This document shows positions 47,473-57,931 of a stretch of 64,000 bases of DNA, in pieces. Position numbers and translations under genes: made by a program. The notes beneath the pieces are model-generated. The model saw only the letters and a program-made list of their open reading frames with translations. It was not told where the DNA came from and searched no databases. This DNA comes from Bacteroidales bacterium. Its GTDB lineage: Bacteria; Bacteroidota; Bacteroidia; Bacteroidales; UBA1556. The stretch lies in assembly GCA_023146135.1 (NCBI GenBank), contig JAGLCR010000010.1:4139-68138 (forward strand), read 5' to 3'. Positions within the stretch are counted from its first letter, which is position 1. Every line of letters starts with the position of its first letter.

Positions 47473-48345
47473 ATGCAAGTATCAAGTAATAGAATTGATG
47501 ATATTCGTAAGTATTATACGAATAGTTTGGCAGAGGTGCTCTCTGAAAGGGAAGCTAAGTATATGGTAGATTCTGTATTGTCGTATTACACAAATATTCC
47601 GGCATTACAACTTGCTATAAATTTGGATAAAAGAGTAGGAGAGTCTTTGCTATTGAAGATTCATTTTGCCGTAAAAGACTTGCTAAAATTTCGGCCTTTG
47701 CAATATGTGCTTGGTGAAACGGAGTTTTATGGAATGCGCTTTTTTGTGAATGAATCAGTTTTAATTCCTAGGCCTGAGACTGAAGAATTGGTGGAGCTTA
47801 TTGTTGCAGATAATTCCGTAGTGAAAAAGAAACTACGAATTCTTGATGTGGGAACGGGTAGTGGGTGTATTGCAGTGAGCCTATCTAAAAGTGTGGATGC
47901 AAAGGTGTTTGCATTGGATGTTTCAGAAAAAGCTTTAACTATTGCTAGTAAAAATGCAGTAATAAATAATGCTTCTGTTCAACAGCTTAAGGTAGACGTT
48001 CTTGATAAGCTAGCTGTCAAGCAATTGCCTGATAATTTGGATATTATAGTTAGCAACCCTCCTTATGTGCGAAAGCAGGAGAAGCAATATATGCAGAATA
48101 ATGTATTGGAATATGAGCCTGATTTGGCGCTTTTTGTGGAGGATTTGGACCCTTTGATTTTTTATAAGGCCATAACGCATATCGCCATAACCCAACTTGC
48201 AAAACAGGGCCAACTTTGGTTTGAAATAAATGAGTATTTAGCGCAAGAAACAAAGGGGCTTTTGGAAAAATATTTTAATAATGTTGAACTTATTAGCGAT
48301 TATAAATCAAAACCACGTTTTATTAAAGCCTCTGGTGTCAAATAA
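47473..48345 (+). CDS. prmC: Release-factor glutamine N5-methyltransferase
   Basis: SAM motif ILDVGTGSGCI and catalytic IVSNPPYV; 290 aa. Confidence 0.9.
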   Translation: MQVSSNRIDDIRKYYTNSLAEVLSEREAKYMVDSVLSYYTNIPALQLAINLDKRVGESLLLKIHFAVKDLLKFRPLQYVLGETEFYGMRFFVNESVLIPRPETEELVELIVADNSVVKKKLRILDVGTGSGCIAVSLSKSVDAKVFALDVSEKALTIASKNAVINNASVQQLKVDVLDKLAVKQLPDNLDIIVSNPPYVRKQEKQYMQNNVLEYEPDLALFVEDLDPLIFYKAITHIAITQLAKQGQLWFEINEYLAQETKGLLEKYFNNVELISDYKSKPRFIKASGVK

Positions 48346-48646
48346 AGTAGTCAACTACTGCGGTTTCTAATTTTAGGCTGCCTAAATATGATAGTACCTC
48401 TTTGTGTTTTGGGTGAATTTGATAGCGTTGTAAATCATCATTATTCTCAAAACTAACACTTAGCGAAAGGTCAAATGCAGTCGGTCTAGTGCTGAAATTA
48501 GTACCTGTTTCTAGACTTACAATCTCATCGATACTGTCGGGTAATTTATTGAGTCTAAGGGTGATTTCTTTTACTATCTCTGTTTTTTCAAACTCTGAAT
48601 AGCTTTTGTTTAAGCGTATAAATACAATGTGTTTTAGCATAAGCAA
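48338..48646 (-). CDS. Dabb (stress-responsive A/B-barrel) domain protein
   Basis: 102 aa; LKHIVFIRL ... YQIHPKHKEV pattern. Its 3' end overlaps the prmC 3' end by 8 nt (convergent). Confidence 0.75.
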   Translation of the reverse strand: MLMLKHIVFIRLNKSYSEFEKTEIVKEITLRLNKLPDSIDEIVSLETGTNFSTRPTAFDLSLSVSFENNDDLQRYQIHPKHKEVLSYLGSLKLETAVVDYFI

Positions 48647-48738
48647 TAAGTGTTAAAAATTATTTGTACAAAAGTAGTGAATCTGCTTTATCTAGCTAAT
48701 AATTTAATAAATTTACACATTCTTAAAACAGATGAAGT

Positions 48739-48966
48739 ATGCAGGAAGTAACTTCCAATAATAAGCAATTGATTGAGTTAATCGAGACGAAAATGCCTTT
48801 TGGTAAATATAAAGGTAGGCTCATAATAGACCTTCCAGAGCCCTATTTAGTGTGGTTTCGTCAAAAGGGATTTCCAGATGGAAAAATCGGAGGCTTGCTA
48901 CAATTGTGTTATGAGATAAAATTAAATGGCTTAGAACAAATGGTTAAATCAATAAAATATAAATAA
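48739..48966 (+). CDS. DUF3820 family protein
   Basis: 75 aa; MPFGKYKGRLIIDLPEPYLVWF pattern. Confidence 0.7.
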   Translation: MQEVTSNNKQLIELIETKMPFGKYKGRLIIDLPEPYLVWFRQKGFPDGKIGGLLQLCYEIKLNGLEQMVKSIKYK

Positions 48967-48968
48967 TT

Positions 48969-50354
48969 ATGAATATTAAAAGTGCGCTAATTTTAGGACT
49001 AGCATTTCTTAGCTTTAATGTAGCGGCTCAGGAAAATATTAGTACTGAGATGCTAAAAAAAATGCAAGAAAGCTATCAGTCGAACCCTAGCTCCAAAGCT
49101 TTGGAGAATGCGGTGAGTAGTAATAGTATTAAAAACTTGGCTGTAAATCGTGAAAACTTAGGTAAGGTAGATACCTATTATTCAAATCGTGTAAAGACCA
49201 AGGGAGTTACTAATCAACATAAGTCGGGTCGTTGTTGGTTATTTACGGGGCTGAATGTGTTGCGACCAGTAGTAATAAACAAATTAAATATTGATGGCTT
49301 TGAGTTTTCTCAAGCATATTTATTTTTCTATGATCAGTTAGAAAAATCGAATCTATTTATGGAGGGGATTATCGCAACAGCTGATAAACCTATGGATGAT
49401 AGAAAAGTAGATTGGTTTTTTAGTAATCCAATTGGAGATGGGGGGCAATGGACAGGCTTAGTTGATTTGGTTCAAAAGTATGGTGCAGTTCCCTCCACTG
49501 TGATGCCTGAAAGTTATAATGCAAATAATACATCGATGTTGAGTAAACTGCTTCGACGAAAATTGCGTGAGAATGGCCTAGAGTTGCGTGCAATGGCTGC
49601 TATTGGTAAAAAAGAAGCTGCCTTGCGATTAAGAAAAGAAGAAATGCTTTCTGATATTTATAAAATTTTAGCTCTTAGTTTGGGACAGCCTCCTGCAGAA
49701 TTTCAATGGAGATACAAAAAGTCTGATGGTAGCATCAGTGAATTAAAAATCTATACCCCTCAATCATTTTATAAAGAGTTTGTGGCTGTTGAATTGACTG
49801 ATTATATCATGTTTATGAATGATCCAACACGTGAATATTATAAGCTCTATGAGATTGAATATGATCGTCATCGTATGGATGGACAAAACTGGAAGTATAT
49901 AAATTTGCCAATTGAAGAGATTAAGGAATTTGCAAAAGCGTCAATTTTAGATAATGAAGCAATGTATTTTTCTTGTGATGTGGGTAAACAATTGGATGGT
50001 GCACGAGGTTATTTAGATGTGAATAATTACGATTATGGTACTTTGCTCGGTGTGGAATTTGGTATGGATAAAAAGCAACGTATTGCTACGCACGAAAGTG
50101 GTTCTTCTCATGGAATGACGCTAGTAGCCGTTGATGTGAATAATGATGGTACAATTAATAAGTGGTTGTTAGAAAATAGTTGGGGTATGAAAGGCTATAA
50201 AGGTCATCTGATAATGACTGATGAGTGGTTTACTGAATATATGTTTCGTTTAGTAGTTAATAAGAAATATGTTGATGCTAAAACCTTGGAAATATTGAAT
50301 CAAAAACCATTACTTTTACCTCCTTGGGATCCAATGTTTACTCCAGAACCTTAA
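48969..50354 (+). CDS. pepC: Aminopeptidase C / bleomycin-hydrolase-type C1 peptidase with signal peptide
   Basis: Active-site QHKSGRCWLF and the later HGMTLVAVD ... NSWG; 461 aa. Confidence 0.88.
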   Translation: MNIKSALILGLAFLSFNVAAQENISTEMLKKMQESYQSNPSSKALENAVSSNSIKNLAVNRENLGKVDTYYSNRVKTKGVTNQHKSGRCWLFTGLNVLRPVVINKLNIDGFEFSQAYLFFYDQLEKSNLFMEGIIATADKPMDDRKVDWFFSNPIGDGGQWTGLVDLVQKYGAVPSTVMPESYNANNTSMLSKLLRRKLRENGLELRAMAAIGKKEAALRLRKEEMLSDIYKILALSLGQPPAEFQWRYKKSDGSISELKIYTPQSFYKEFVAVELTDYIMFMNDPTREYYKLYEIEYDRHRMDGQNWKYINLPIEEIKEFAKASILDNEAMYFSCDVGKQLDGARGYLDVNNYDYGTLLGVEFGMDKKQRIATHESGSSHGMTLVAVDVNNDGTINKWLLENSWGMKGYKGHLIMTDEWFTEYMFRLVVNKKYVDAKTLEILNQKPLLLPPWDPMFTPEP

Positions 50355-50582
50355 AATATCTTTCTTGGTGAAACTAGCAATGGGAGAAAATGATTCCCAA
50401 AATTAGAAATATTAAGAATTTGAATTCAATATACTTCTATAATAAATAGAAAGACAAGTATATACATAATTTGGCATGTAAGTTGCTTATCATCACTCGA
50501 GGATTTAGTAATAATTACAGATAATAAAGGTAGGAGTTTGTTAAAATGTAAAATCAATCAAGCTAAATTTTTGAAAAAAATC

Positions 50583-50611
50583 AGACCATCTTTTCGGTGG
50601 TCTATTTTTTT
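50583..50611 (+). terminator. Orphan Rho-independent terminator in the pepC-ispE gap
   Basis: AGACCATC / GGTGGTCT is an 8-bp stem (one G-U) with loop TTTTC, then T7. It lies 229 nt after the pepC stop. Confidence 0.6.
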
Positions 50612-50683
50612 GTTTAAAAACCACCTATTAATATACTTCCTATTCATGTATTTATTAGTTTTACACTTTCAATTTAATAATAT

Positions 50684-51490
50684 ATGATACGGTTTGCTCC
50701 AGCAAAAATAAATATTGGATTAAAGGTGTTGAACAAACGTTCTGACTCCTATCATAATTTAGATAGTATTTTCTATCCAATTCCATTATACGATATATTA
50801 GAGTTTGGTCTGTCAGATGAGTTTGATTTAGTTACTACAGGTTTGTCAGTGTCTGGCAATGTAGATGATAATCTTATTTTTAAGGCCTTTGAGTTAATGC
50901 GGAATTATCATAATATTGGAGGCTTGAAAGTGCATCTTCATAAGCTAATACCAATGGGAGCTGGCTTAGGAGGAGGCTCTTCTGATGCAGCGAATACTTT
51001 AATAGCAATTAACCAATTATACAACCTTCATCTTGATGATGATACTTTGGTGAAATACGCTCTGGAATTGGGTGCCGACTGTCCATTTTTTATTTATCAG
51101 AAACCTTTGCGTGCAATGGAAACAGGGTCAAGGTTTCAGGATCTGAGTCTTGATTTAAGTGGTAATTATTTGGTGCTTGTAAAACCAAATATTCATATTT
51201 CTACCGCTGAGGCATATGCAGGCGTAGCTTTAGAAGGTCAAGATGCCAATCTTGACATGGAGTTGCTTAATGAACCTGATTTATGGAAGGATAAGTATAT
51301 CAACTCATTTGAAAAGCATTTATTTCAATCATACCCGCTATTGGCAAACTTGAAAGACTCCTTGTACAATCAAGGAGCATTTTTTGCTTCTATGTCGGGA
51401 AGTGGTTCTACTATTTATGGACTGTTTAAGGATAAGCCTGACATTCCTGAGGCGTGGGAGCAATATTTTGTGTTTATCAGTAAGCTGTAA
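50684..51490 (+). CDS. ispE: 4-diphosphocytidyl-2-C-methyl-D-erythritol kinase
   Basis: N-terminal APAKINIGLKV and GHMP motif PMGAGLGGGSSDAA. Confidence 0.9.
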   Translation: MIRFAPAKINIGLKVLNKRSDSYHNLDSIFYPIPLYDILEFGLSDEFDLVTTGLSVSGNVDDNLIFKAFELMRNYHNIGGLKVHLHKLIPMGAGLGGGSSDAANTLIAINQLYNLHLDDDTLVKYALELGADCPFFIYQKPLRAMETGSRFQDLSLDLSGNYLVLVKPNIHISTAEAYAGVALEGQDANLDMELLNEPDLWKDKYINSFEKHLFQSYPLLANLKDSLYNQGAFFASMSGSGSTIYGLFKDKPDIPEAWEQYFVFISKL

Positions 51491-51549
51491 AATAGTCTGT
51501 TAGAATATTTTTATAGTAGTAGTTATATATTTCAATTTTTACAAAAAAT

Positions 51550-52626
51550 CTATTTCGGTGCTAGTCGTACTAGTAATACTGCTAATATAGCAAATAGAAA
51601 ATTAGGAATCCATACAGCAACAAAAGGAGATAAAGTGCCGAAAGTGGCAAATACCGTTGATATTTGCATAAAAATAATATATGCGAAGCTAATCAAAATC
51701 CCGAATGCTAGATGCAGCCCTATGCCTCCACGAGATTTGCGGCTTGAAAGAGATGCTCCAATAATCGTTAGTATTAATGTCGCAAAAGGAAACGATACTC
51801 TTTTGTGTCGTTCCACTTCGTAAAACTTAATGTTTTTTGAACCCTTAATTTTTTCTGACTCTATAAAACTATCGAGCTCAAAATAGTTCATAACATCCAT
51901 ACGTTTAATTCTCGATGAAAAGTCGCTAGGTATTACGTTAAGTGCAATAGCAAGGGTATCACCATATTCATAGCTAATAGAGTCTAAAGCTATATTGTAA
52001 ATCATATAATGGTGCACTTCCCAACTGTTTGATAAGCTATCGAATGTTATATCTCGAGCCTTCATTTTATAAAACATTTGATGTTTACTTACTTTTTCCA
52101 TAGTAAAACCCCGGCCTCTATTATCATCATTATTAAAGCTTTCTACATATAATAATGTACCTGGGCTATTTTGCACATGAATGTTTCGACTGTTATTATT
52201 ATGCTTCGAAAAAATATACTTGTCTTCAAAAGCATAACGAATTTTATTAGTTTGAGGAATCAGAAAGTTAGCCAAGTAAAAAGAAAGTACAGCTAGGAAA
52301 GTAGCCGCTACAAGATAGGGGCGTAATAGCCTTCTAAAACTAATACCACTACTTAAAATTGCAATTATTTCTGTGTTTGCTGCTATTTTAGATGTAAAAA
52401 ACACTACCGCAATAAATGTGAATAGTGAGCTAAACATATTTGTAAAGTATGGTATAAATGTGAGATAGTAAGAAAAAACAATTTCTTTTAGGGGAGCTTG
52501 GTTTTTCAGAAAGTCATCAAGTTTCTCAGAAATATCGAAAATAATCACAATTACAATGATGAGAATCATCGTAAAGAAGAAGGTCCCAAGGAATTTTTTA
52601 ATGATGTACCAATCTATTTTTTTCAT
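51550..52626 (-). CDS. LptF/LptG-family LPS export permease
   Basis: 358 aa with YjgP/YjgQ architecture: 3 TMs, a periplasmic beta-jellyroll region, then 3 TMs. Confidence 0.8.
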   Translation of the reverse strand: MKKIDWYIIKKFLGTFFFTMILIIVIVIIFDISEKLDDFLKNQAPLKEIVFSYYLTFIPYFTNMFSSLFTFIAVVFFTSKIAANTEIIAILSSGISFRRLLRPYLVAATFLAVLSFYLANFLIPQTNKIRYAFEDKYIFSKHNNNSRNIHVQNSPGTLLYVESFNNDDNRGRGFTMEKVSKHQMFYKMKARDITFDSLSNSWEVHHYMIYNIALDSISYEYGDTLAIALNVIPSDFSSRIKRMDVMNYFELDSFIESEKIKGSKNIKFYEVERHKRVSFPFATLILTIIGASLSSRKSRGGIGLHLAFGILISFAYIIFMQISTVFATFGTLSPFVAVWIPNFLFAILAVLLVRLAPK

Positions 52627-52732
52627 AGAATAAAATCAAGCATTCTTCTGCAAAACTACACTTTTAGACGAACAAACGCTTTAAACTATTATTTGTTTTA
52701 TATAAGAGTGTTTCTTTGAGCTTTTTTGGGAG

Positions 52733-53833
52733 CTAAGCAATACGGTATAGTTTTCCTGGTAATGACTTTACAGCTCCTTTAAATTCGAGACTCAGTAACA
52801 ATGAAGCTGTTTTTGAAATACTTATTTTACTATTTAGACTTATCTCGTCAATGGAGTGTTCGCTACTGTCCATAATAACTTCAATGATTTTTTGTTCTTC
52901 AGTAGAAAAATCGATAAATAATGCTTTTTGCACTTGCTGTTCTTTGGCTTCAAGTTCTTCCCAATTTAATGCCTTTGTAAAATCTTTACCATTGTTGATT
53001 AGTTGGGCGATATTATTCTTAATCAAATTATTGCATCCTCTTGATAGTTCGTCATCAGGTCTGCCCGGAAAAGCCATTACATCACGATTATAATCAAAAG
53101 CAAGCTTGGCCGTAATAAGTGAGCCCCCCGAAGCTTTTGATTCAATTACAATAGTGGCATCAGATATACCAGCAACGATACGGTTACGCATGGGGAAATT
53201 AGTTCGGTCGGGTTCTGTTCCAGGAAGAAACTCTGTAAGTAAACCTCCTGTGGATAGCATGCGTTCAGCAACTTTTTTATTCTGAGCAGGGTAAAGCCTA
53301 TCCAATCCATGACCTAATACTCCAACGGTTTTTAATCCATTGTTCATGGCTGCTTGATGACTGCATACATCAATTCCATAGGCGAGTCCACTTATAACTA
53401 ATGCACCTGTTGGAGCGATAGCTTTAAGTAGTTTTTCGCAAATACTTTTTCCATGTTCAGATGGAGTTCTTGTTCCAACAATACTAACTACCTTAGGAAT
53501 GTTGAAATTTGCATCTCCTTTGAAATATAGTAAAGTAGGGCCATCGATACAGTGCTTTAAGCGGTTTGGATAGTTCTTGTCTTGAAAAAACAGAGTAGTA
53601 ATATTATTCTTTTCGATATATGCGATTTCTTTTTCAGCCTTTTGCAATACCTTTTGGTTTTTTAAAGAATTGATAATACGCATGCCAATACCAGGAATCA
53701 ATAATAATTCTTTGCTATTTACCTTAAATACTTCTTCTGCACTGCCAAGATGCTGAATTAACTTTTTTGCAGAAATATGTCCTATTTCTGGTACAAGGGT
53801 CAAAGCAATTTGATATAATAGTTGGCTATTCAT
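52733..53833 (-). CDS. dprA: DNA-processing protein DprA
   Basis: VISGLAYGIDVCSHQAA and VIESKASGGSLITA motifs. The ATG at 53833 is preferred over the track's TTG at 53875. Confidence 0.88.
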   Translation of the reverse strand: MNSQLLYQIALTLVPEIGHISAKKLIQHLGSAEEVFKVNSKELLLIPGIGMRIINSLKNQKVLQKAEKEIAYIEKNNITTLFFQDKNYPNRLKHCIDGPTLLYFKGDANFNIPKVVSIVGTRTPSEHGKSICEKLLKAIAPTGALVISGLAYGIDVCSHQAAMNNGLKTVGVLGHGLDRLYPAQNKKVAERMLSTGGLLTEFLPGTEPDRTNFPMRNRIVAGISDATIVIESKASGGSLITAKLAFDYNRDVMAFPGRPDDELSRGCNNLIKNNIAQLINNGKDFTKALNWEELEAKEQQVQKALFIDFSTEEQKIIEVIMDSSEHSIDEISLNSKISISKTASLLLSLEFKGAVKSLPGKLYRIA

Positions 53834-53936
53834 AGGTATTTCAATACTTTTTTTTATTTGTGCTAAAATATTCAAAATAATTCAGAAAAATGATAAAGAT
53901 TATTATTTCAATACTCAAAAAACTAAATTATTTATT

Positions 53937-53944
53937 TAATTTTG
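53937..53944 (+). promoter_or_regulatory. Candidate -7 box (TAATTTTG)
   Basis: Exact TAnnTTTG that overlaps the track's TTG start at 53942, which argues for the ATG at 53957 as the true start. Confidence 0.35.
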
Positions 53945-53956
53945 CTATTCTCGAAA

Positions 53957-55042
53957 ATGAATTTGATGGAAAATGGTTATTCTAAAGTTTTAATTGCCCC
54001 TTTGGACTGGGGATTAGGTCATGCAGCACGTTGCATACCATTGATACATATGTTTTTGGAGCAGGGTAAAAGTATTGCTGTTGCTTCAAGTGGAGGAGCT
54101 TTAGCTATGCTAAAGGAGGAGTTTCCAAACTTACTATTCTACGATTTGCCCCCATATGATGTACATTATGAGTATAACTCAATGGCTGTAAATATGATTT
54201 TGCAACTTCCCAAAATGCGTAAAGCCATGTTAAATGAGAATAGAGCCTTGCATGAAATCCTGAAAACTTTTCCTGCAGACTTAATTGTTTCGGATAATAG
54301 GTATGGGGTAAATCATCCAAGCATACCTTCCGTTTTTATTGGTCACCAATTGGCTATACAACTACCTGTTAAGGCAAAGATGTTTTCTAAGCTGACTTTT
54401 AAATGGCATGAGTCCATGCTTAAACCCTTTAATCAGATTTGGATACCCGATTTTGATGCCAATCCTAATTTATCGGGCGTTTTGTCTCATGGTGTTTCAT
54501 TAAAAACAAAGTCTTTTTTTATTGGCCCTTTGAGTCGTTTCAAATATGTTTCAAATATCGATGAGGATTTGCCTTTACTGATTATGTTATCAGGACAAGA
54601 GCCGCGAAGAAGCCAGTTCGAGCAGGTTATTATTAAGCAGTTAGAAAATTGGAAAGAGGAAGTTGTTCTTTTACGTGGCTTACCCAACGAAAAAGAAGTG
54701 TTGAAGAGTCCTTATCCCAATTTGCAAATATTTAATCATTTGCCTACTTCTCAACTGGAGAAACTGCTTCGGAGAGCCAGTCGTATTATCTGTCGTTCAG
54801 GTTATAGCAGTATTATGGATCTTGCAGCCTTACGAAAAAAAGTTTTGTTTATTCCCACAACTGGGCAAACGGAACAAGAGTATTTAGCCGTATATCATGC
54901 TAAGAAAGGAAATGCATTATTTACGACGGAGAATGCAAATAATATTTTGGATAAATTGAAACAGCTTGATTTAATGTTGCCAATAAAATTAGAGAATAAT
55001 CGATTGGAATACTTAATAAATCACGCACTTAAAGAATTGTAA
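53957..55042 (+). CDS. GT-B glycosyltransferase (MurG/GT28-like)
   Basis: N-terminal LIAPLDWGLGHAARCIPL and C-terminal RSGYSSIMDL ... IPTTGQTEQ pattern. Confidence 0.7.
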   Translation: MNLMENGYSKVLIAPLDWGLGHAARCIPLIHMFLEQGKSIAVASSGGALAMLKEEFPNLLFYDLPPYDVHYEYNSMAVNMILQLPKMRKAMLNENRALHEILKTFPADLIVSDNRYGVNHPSIPSVFIGHQLAIQLPVKAKMFSKLTFKWHESMLKPFNQIWIPDFDANPNLSGVLSHGVSLKTKSFFIGPLSRFKYVSNIDEDLPLLIMLSGQEPRRSQFEQVIIKQLENWKEEVVLLRGLPNEKEVLKSPYPNLQIFNHLPTSQLEKLLRRASRIICRSGYSSIMDLAALRKKVLFIPTTGQTEQEYLAVYHAKKGNALFTTENANNILDKLKQLDLMLPIKLENNRLEYLINHALKEL

Positions 55043-55049
55043 TAATAGC

Positions 55050-55550
55050 ATGTCGAGAACTAAGGATATATTAGATAATTTGGACGAGCTGGCGGAAGAA
55101 GCATTGCCAAGCACACGTAAACTATTTAAAAATTTAAAAAGACGGAGACCGAAAAACCTAGATACCATTGTGCACAATGCTCATGATGAAGTGTTTGAGT
55201 ATATCGATTGTTTGGAGTGTGGGAATTGTTGTAAAAGTTTGGGTCCTCGCATTACTGATGTGGATATTGCTCGATTGGCCAAATATCTTAAAATGAAGCC
55301 CGGTAAGATGATTGAGCAGTATTTTAGGATGGATGAAGATGGGGATTATGTATTTAAAACAATGCCTTGCCCATTTTTAATGGACGATAACTATTGTATG
55401 GTTTATGATTCAAGGCCCATTGCTTGTCGAGATTACCCACATACCGATCGAAAGCGATTTTACCAACTACTCGACATCAGTCAAAAGAATGTGGAAACTT
55501 GCCCGGCAGTATATGATATTGTGGAACGTATTAAAGCTTCGTTTGAGTAA
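55050..55550 (+). CDS. YkgJ-family cysteine-cluster protein
   Basis: CLECGNCCKS plus a distal CPFL ... C ... CRDYP pattern; 166 aa. Confidence 0.75.
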   Translation: MSRTKDILDNLDELAEEALPSTRKLFKNLKRRRPKNLDTIVHNAHDEVFEYIDCLECGNCCKSLGPRITDVDIARLAKYLKMKPGKMIEQYFRMDEDGDYVFKTMPCPFLMDDNYCMVYDSRPIACRDYPHTDRKRFYQLLDISQKNVETCPAVYDIVERIKASFE

Positions 55551-55602
55551 AAAATATGATGAAATAGATTGGGATGAGAATCTTAGTTATTATAATTAGG
55601 AT

Positions 55603-57927
55603 TTAATAAACTATAAACTGATATTTATATAAAGCACTCTGATTAATCATATTAGTTTTAATTGTAAGCTCGAATGAATAGCTTCCTTTCGAAAGATTTT
55701 CAGTTTGAACTAAAAGATAAATAGTGCCATTTTCACCAGGTTGATAACTGTTTTGCTTGAGTTGTGTACTTACAAATGGTGAGTTGGAAGTTATGGATTT
55801 TATTTCCAATTCTGCTTTTCCAACATTCGTAAATTCCAATCTGTAAACTCCTCGTTGTCCTTGTTTTATACTATCGGGACTTAGAGAAGTGGTTTTTATT
55901 TTGAATATGGGAAACTCCTTATTACTAAGGTCATTATCAATGGTGTTTCCCGAGCTGTAAAGAATGATTTGTATTTTACGTTCCATCGCAGCAGCGCGAC
56001 TATATACAGAGTTTCGTTTGTCGTTTGGATTATCACTCACAAAGTCTGCTGACTGACTGTCGCCTAGGGGGTCTTCAAAAATCGTAATGCTTCCGCCATT
56101 CTTCGCTCTGTTAGCAAAGTAGGGTAGGAAGTATCCATTATCATAACTCTTTAGGTAGTTGATAAGACTTGCTATTCGGCGTTTTGATAAATTCAAATTA
56201 TAGTCAGATGTATTGAGTGGACTTGCATAACCTCTTATTTTTAGTCGGATATCCTTACCTTTTTCTAATTCGCTTTTTAATAGGGCGGCTAGCTTTTCCA
56301 AATCCTCAAATCCATGTCCTACATAGTTCTCAAAGAAATTATTTACATCGTCGATAGCTTGTTTTGCTTTATCTCCTTTTAAACCCTTGGAATATTCTTT
56401 CTTGTACTTTTCCTTTAGTTTGAAATAATTATTTAAGAGGTCTTGATAGTTTTTATTGGTGGTGGAGCTTGTTGATCGTGGGTTAGGAATGTCATTATGA
56501 AAATATAAGGTTAGTGGTAAGAGCTTTTGTATCTTTTCTTCTATGCTGTCGAGTTTAGTGCTATCAGTAGAAATGCTGTCGATAAATAATGGTTTCTCAA
56601 TGGGTTCGAGATTTACGTAGTAAATATCGTTACAACAGTTTTCGGCATCACCGTGATAAAATGAGCCTATTCTATTCGAACTAAGCCACGCTTCATTACT
56701 TTCGGGCTTGGAGTAATAATAATTATCGTTACTAGTTGAGTTAATTGGTAACCCTAGGTTTTTTGGTGTAGTCCAAGAGTTTAAGCCTCCTGAAGTGCTG
56801 AATATATCCAAGCCTCCAAACCCTTGATGCCAGTCGGAACTAAAGTATAGAATCTGATTTTTAGAATCGTAATTTGGTGTAATTTCAGATCCTTTGGTAT
56901 TGATAATACTTCCCAAATTGGTTACTTCTTGAAACTTATCATCTTTTATAATAACGTACCACAAATCCATTGCGCCAAAGCCTCCAGGTTTGTTGGAGGA
57001 AAAGTATAAGATGTCAAAACCATTAGCTCGAGCCAAAAAAGGTTGGGTGGAGGAATAGTCAGGCGTGTTAATTTTATTATTTAGCCTTTTAGCCTTTTTC
57101 CATTTACCATTTTTGTATTCGCTATAATATATGGCACAATTGCCCACCGAACCATTCAAATCTTCACATATAGTAAAATACGATTTTCTGAAATTGTGAT
57201 TAAAGCAAATATTTGCCACAAAATCATAGTTTGATTGAAGCCGTTTGCTGTAGATCGATGGGGTAGAAACTCCTCTTTCTGAGGTTTTACTAATCATAAT
57301 GTCAGAGATGTAGCTTTGGCTAAAAATACTTTCGAAAGTATCCTTAAATACATTTTGATATCTTGAAAATACTAGCTCGCTACTATTGAGTGGGACAGGG
57401 TTAAACTCAGAATACTCAGTGTTTATAGGGGCTAATAGATGTTCAATCACGATGTTTGCTGAGTCGTTTTTATACCGATTGGCAAATGTGCATGAAGTAA
57501 TTTCATTTTTTGCTTGAGCCAGTAGGCTTGAGTTTTTGCCAATGGTAAGGAAAAATTCAAAATCGCTAATTGCTTCACTATAGTATCCAAGATTTTTCTT
57601 AGCTAATCCTAAGTAAAAAGCTGCCTCTGGGTATTCTCCTTTCGAGTCAAGTGTTTTTACTTTCTGTAAACAGTATCGTGCTCTTTGATAGTTTAATAAG
57701 TAATGATTGCATAATGCATATTTATAAGCAAGATCGATTTGGTTGCTGTCAATATCGAGTAATGATTTGTAAAGTTGAGCGGCTTGATAATAACTACCAT
57801 TTATCATCATTTCGTCGGCTTGAGTTTTCGTTTTGTCATTTTCGAAAGAATTCTGTGCATAAATATTCATATTCGTCAAAATGACAAATCCTATAAAGGC
57901 GAATATTTTTACAATTTGAATTCTCAT
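55603..57927 (-). CDS. OmpA-family protein with TPR and TolB-like beta-propeller regions
   Basis: Signal peptide MRIQIVKIFAFIGFVILTNMNIYAQ (ATG at 57927), TPR-like N-terminus, WD40-like PD40 repeats and an OmpA-like region (IRGYASPLNTSDYNLNLSKRR). Confidence 0.8.
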   Translation of the reverse strand: MRIQIVKIFAFIGFVILTNMNIYAQNSFENDKTKTQADEMMINGSYYQAAQLYKSLLDIDSNQIDLAYKYALCNHYLLNYQRARYCLQKVKTLDSKGEYPEAAFYLGLAKKNLGYYSEAISDFEFFLTIGKNSSLLAQAKNEITSCTFANRYKNDSANIVIEHLLAPINTEYSEFNPVPLNSSELVFSRYQNVFKDTFESIFSQSYISDIMISKTSERGVSTPSIYSKRLQSNYDFVANICFNHNFRKSYFTICEDLNGSVGNCAIYYSEYKNGKWKKAKRLNNKINTPDYSSTQPFLARANGFDILYFSSNKPGGFGAMDLWYVIIKDDKFQEVTNLGSIINTKGSEITPNYDSKNQILYFSSDWHQGFGGLDIFSTSGGLNSWTTPKNLGLPINSTSNDNYYYSKPESNEAWLSSNRIGSFYHGDAENCCNDIYYVNLEPIEKPLFIDSISTDSTKLDSIEEKIQKLLPLTLYFHNDIPNPRSTSSTTNKNYQDLLNNYFKLKEKYKKEYSKGLKGDKAKQAIDDVNNFFENYVGHGFEDLEKLAALLKSELEKGKDIRLKIRGYASPLNTSDYNLNLSKRRIASLINYLKSYDNGYFLPYFANRAKNGGSITIFEDPLGDSQSADFVSDNPNDKRNSVYSRAAAMERKIQIILYSSGNTIDNDLSNKEFPIFKIKTTSLSPDSIKQGQRGVYRLEFTNVGKAELEIKSITSNSPFVSTQLKQNSYQPGENGTIYLLVQTENLSKGSYSFELTIKTNMINQSALYKYQFIVY

Positions 57928-57931
57928 AATA

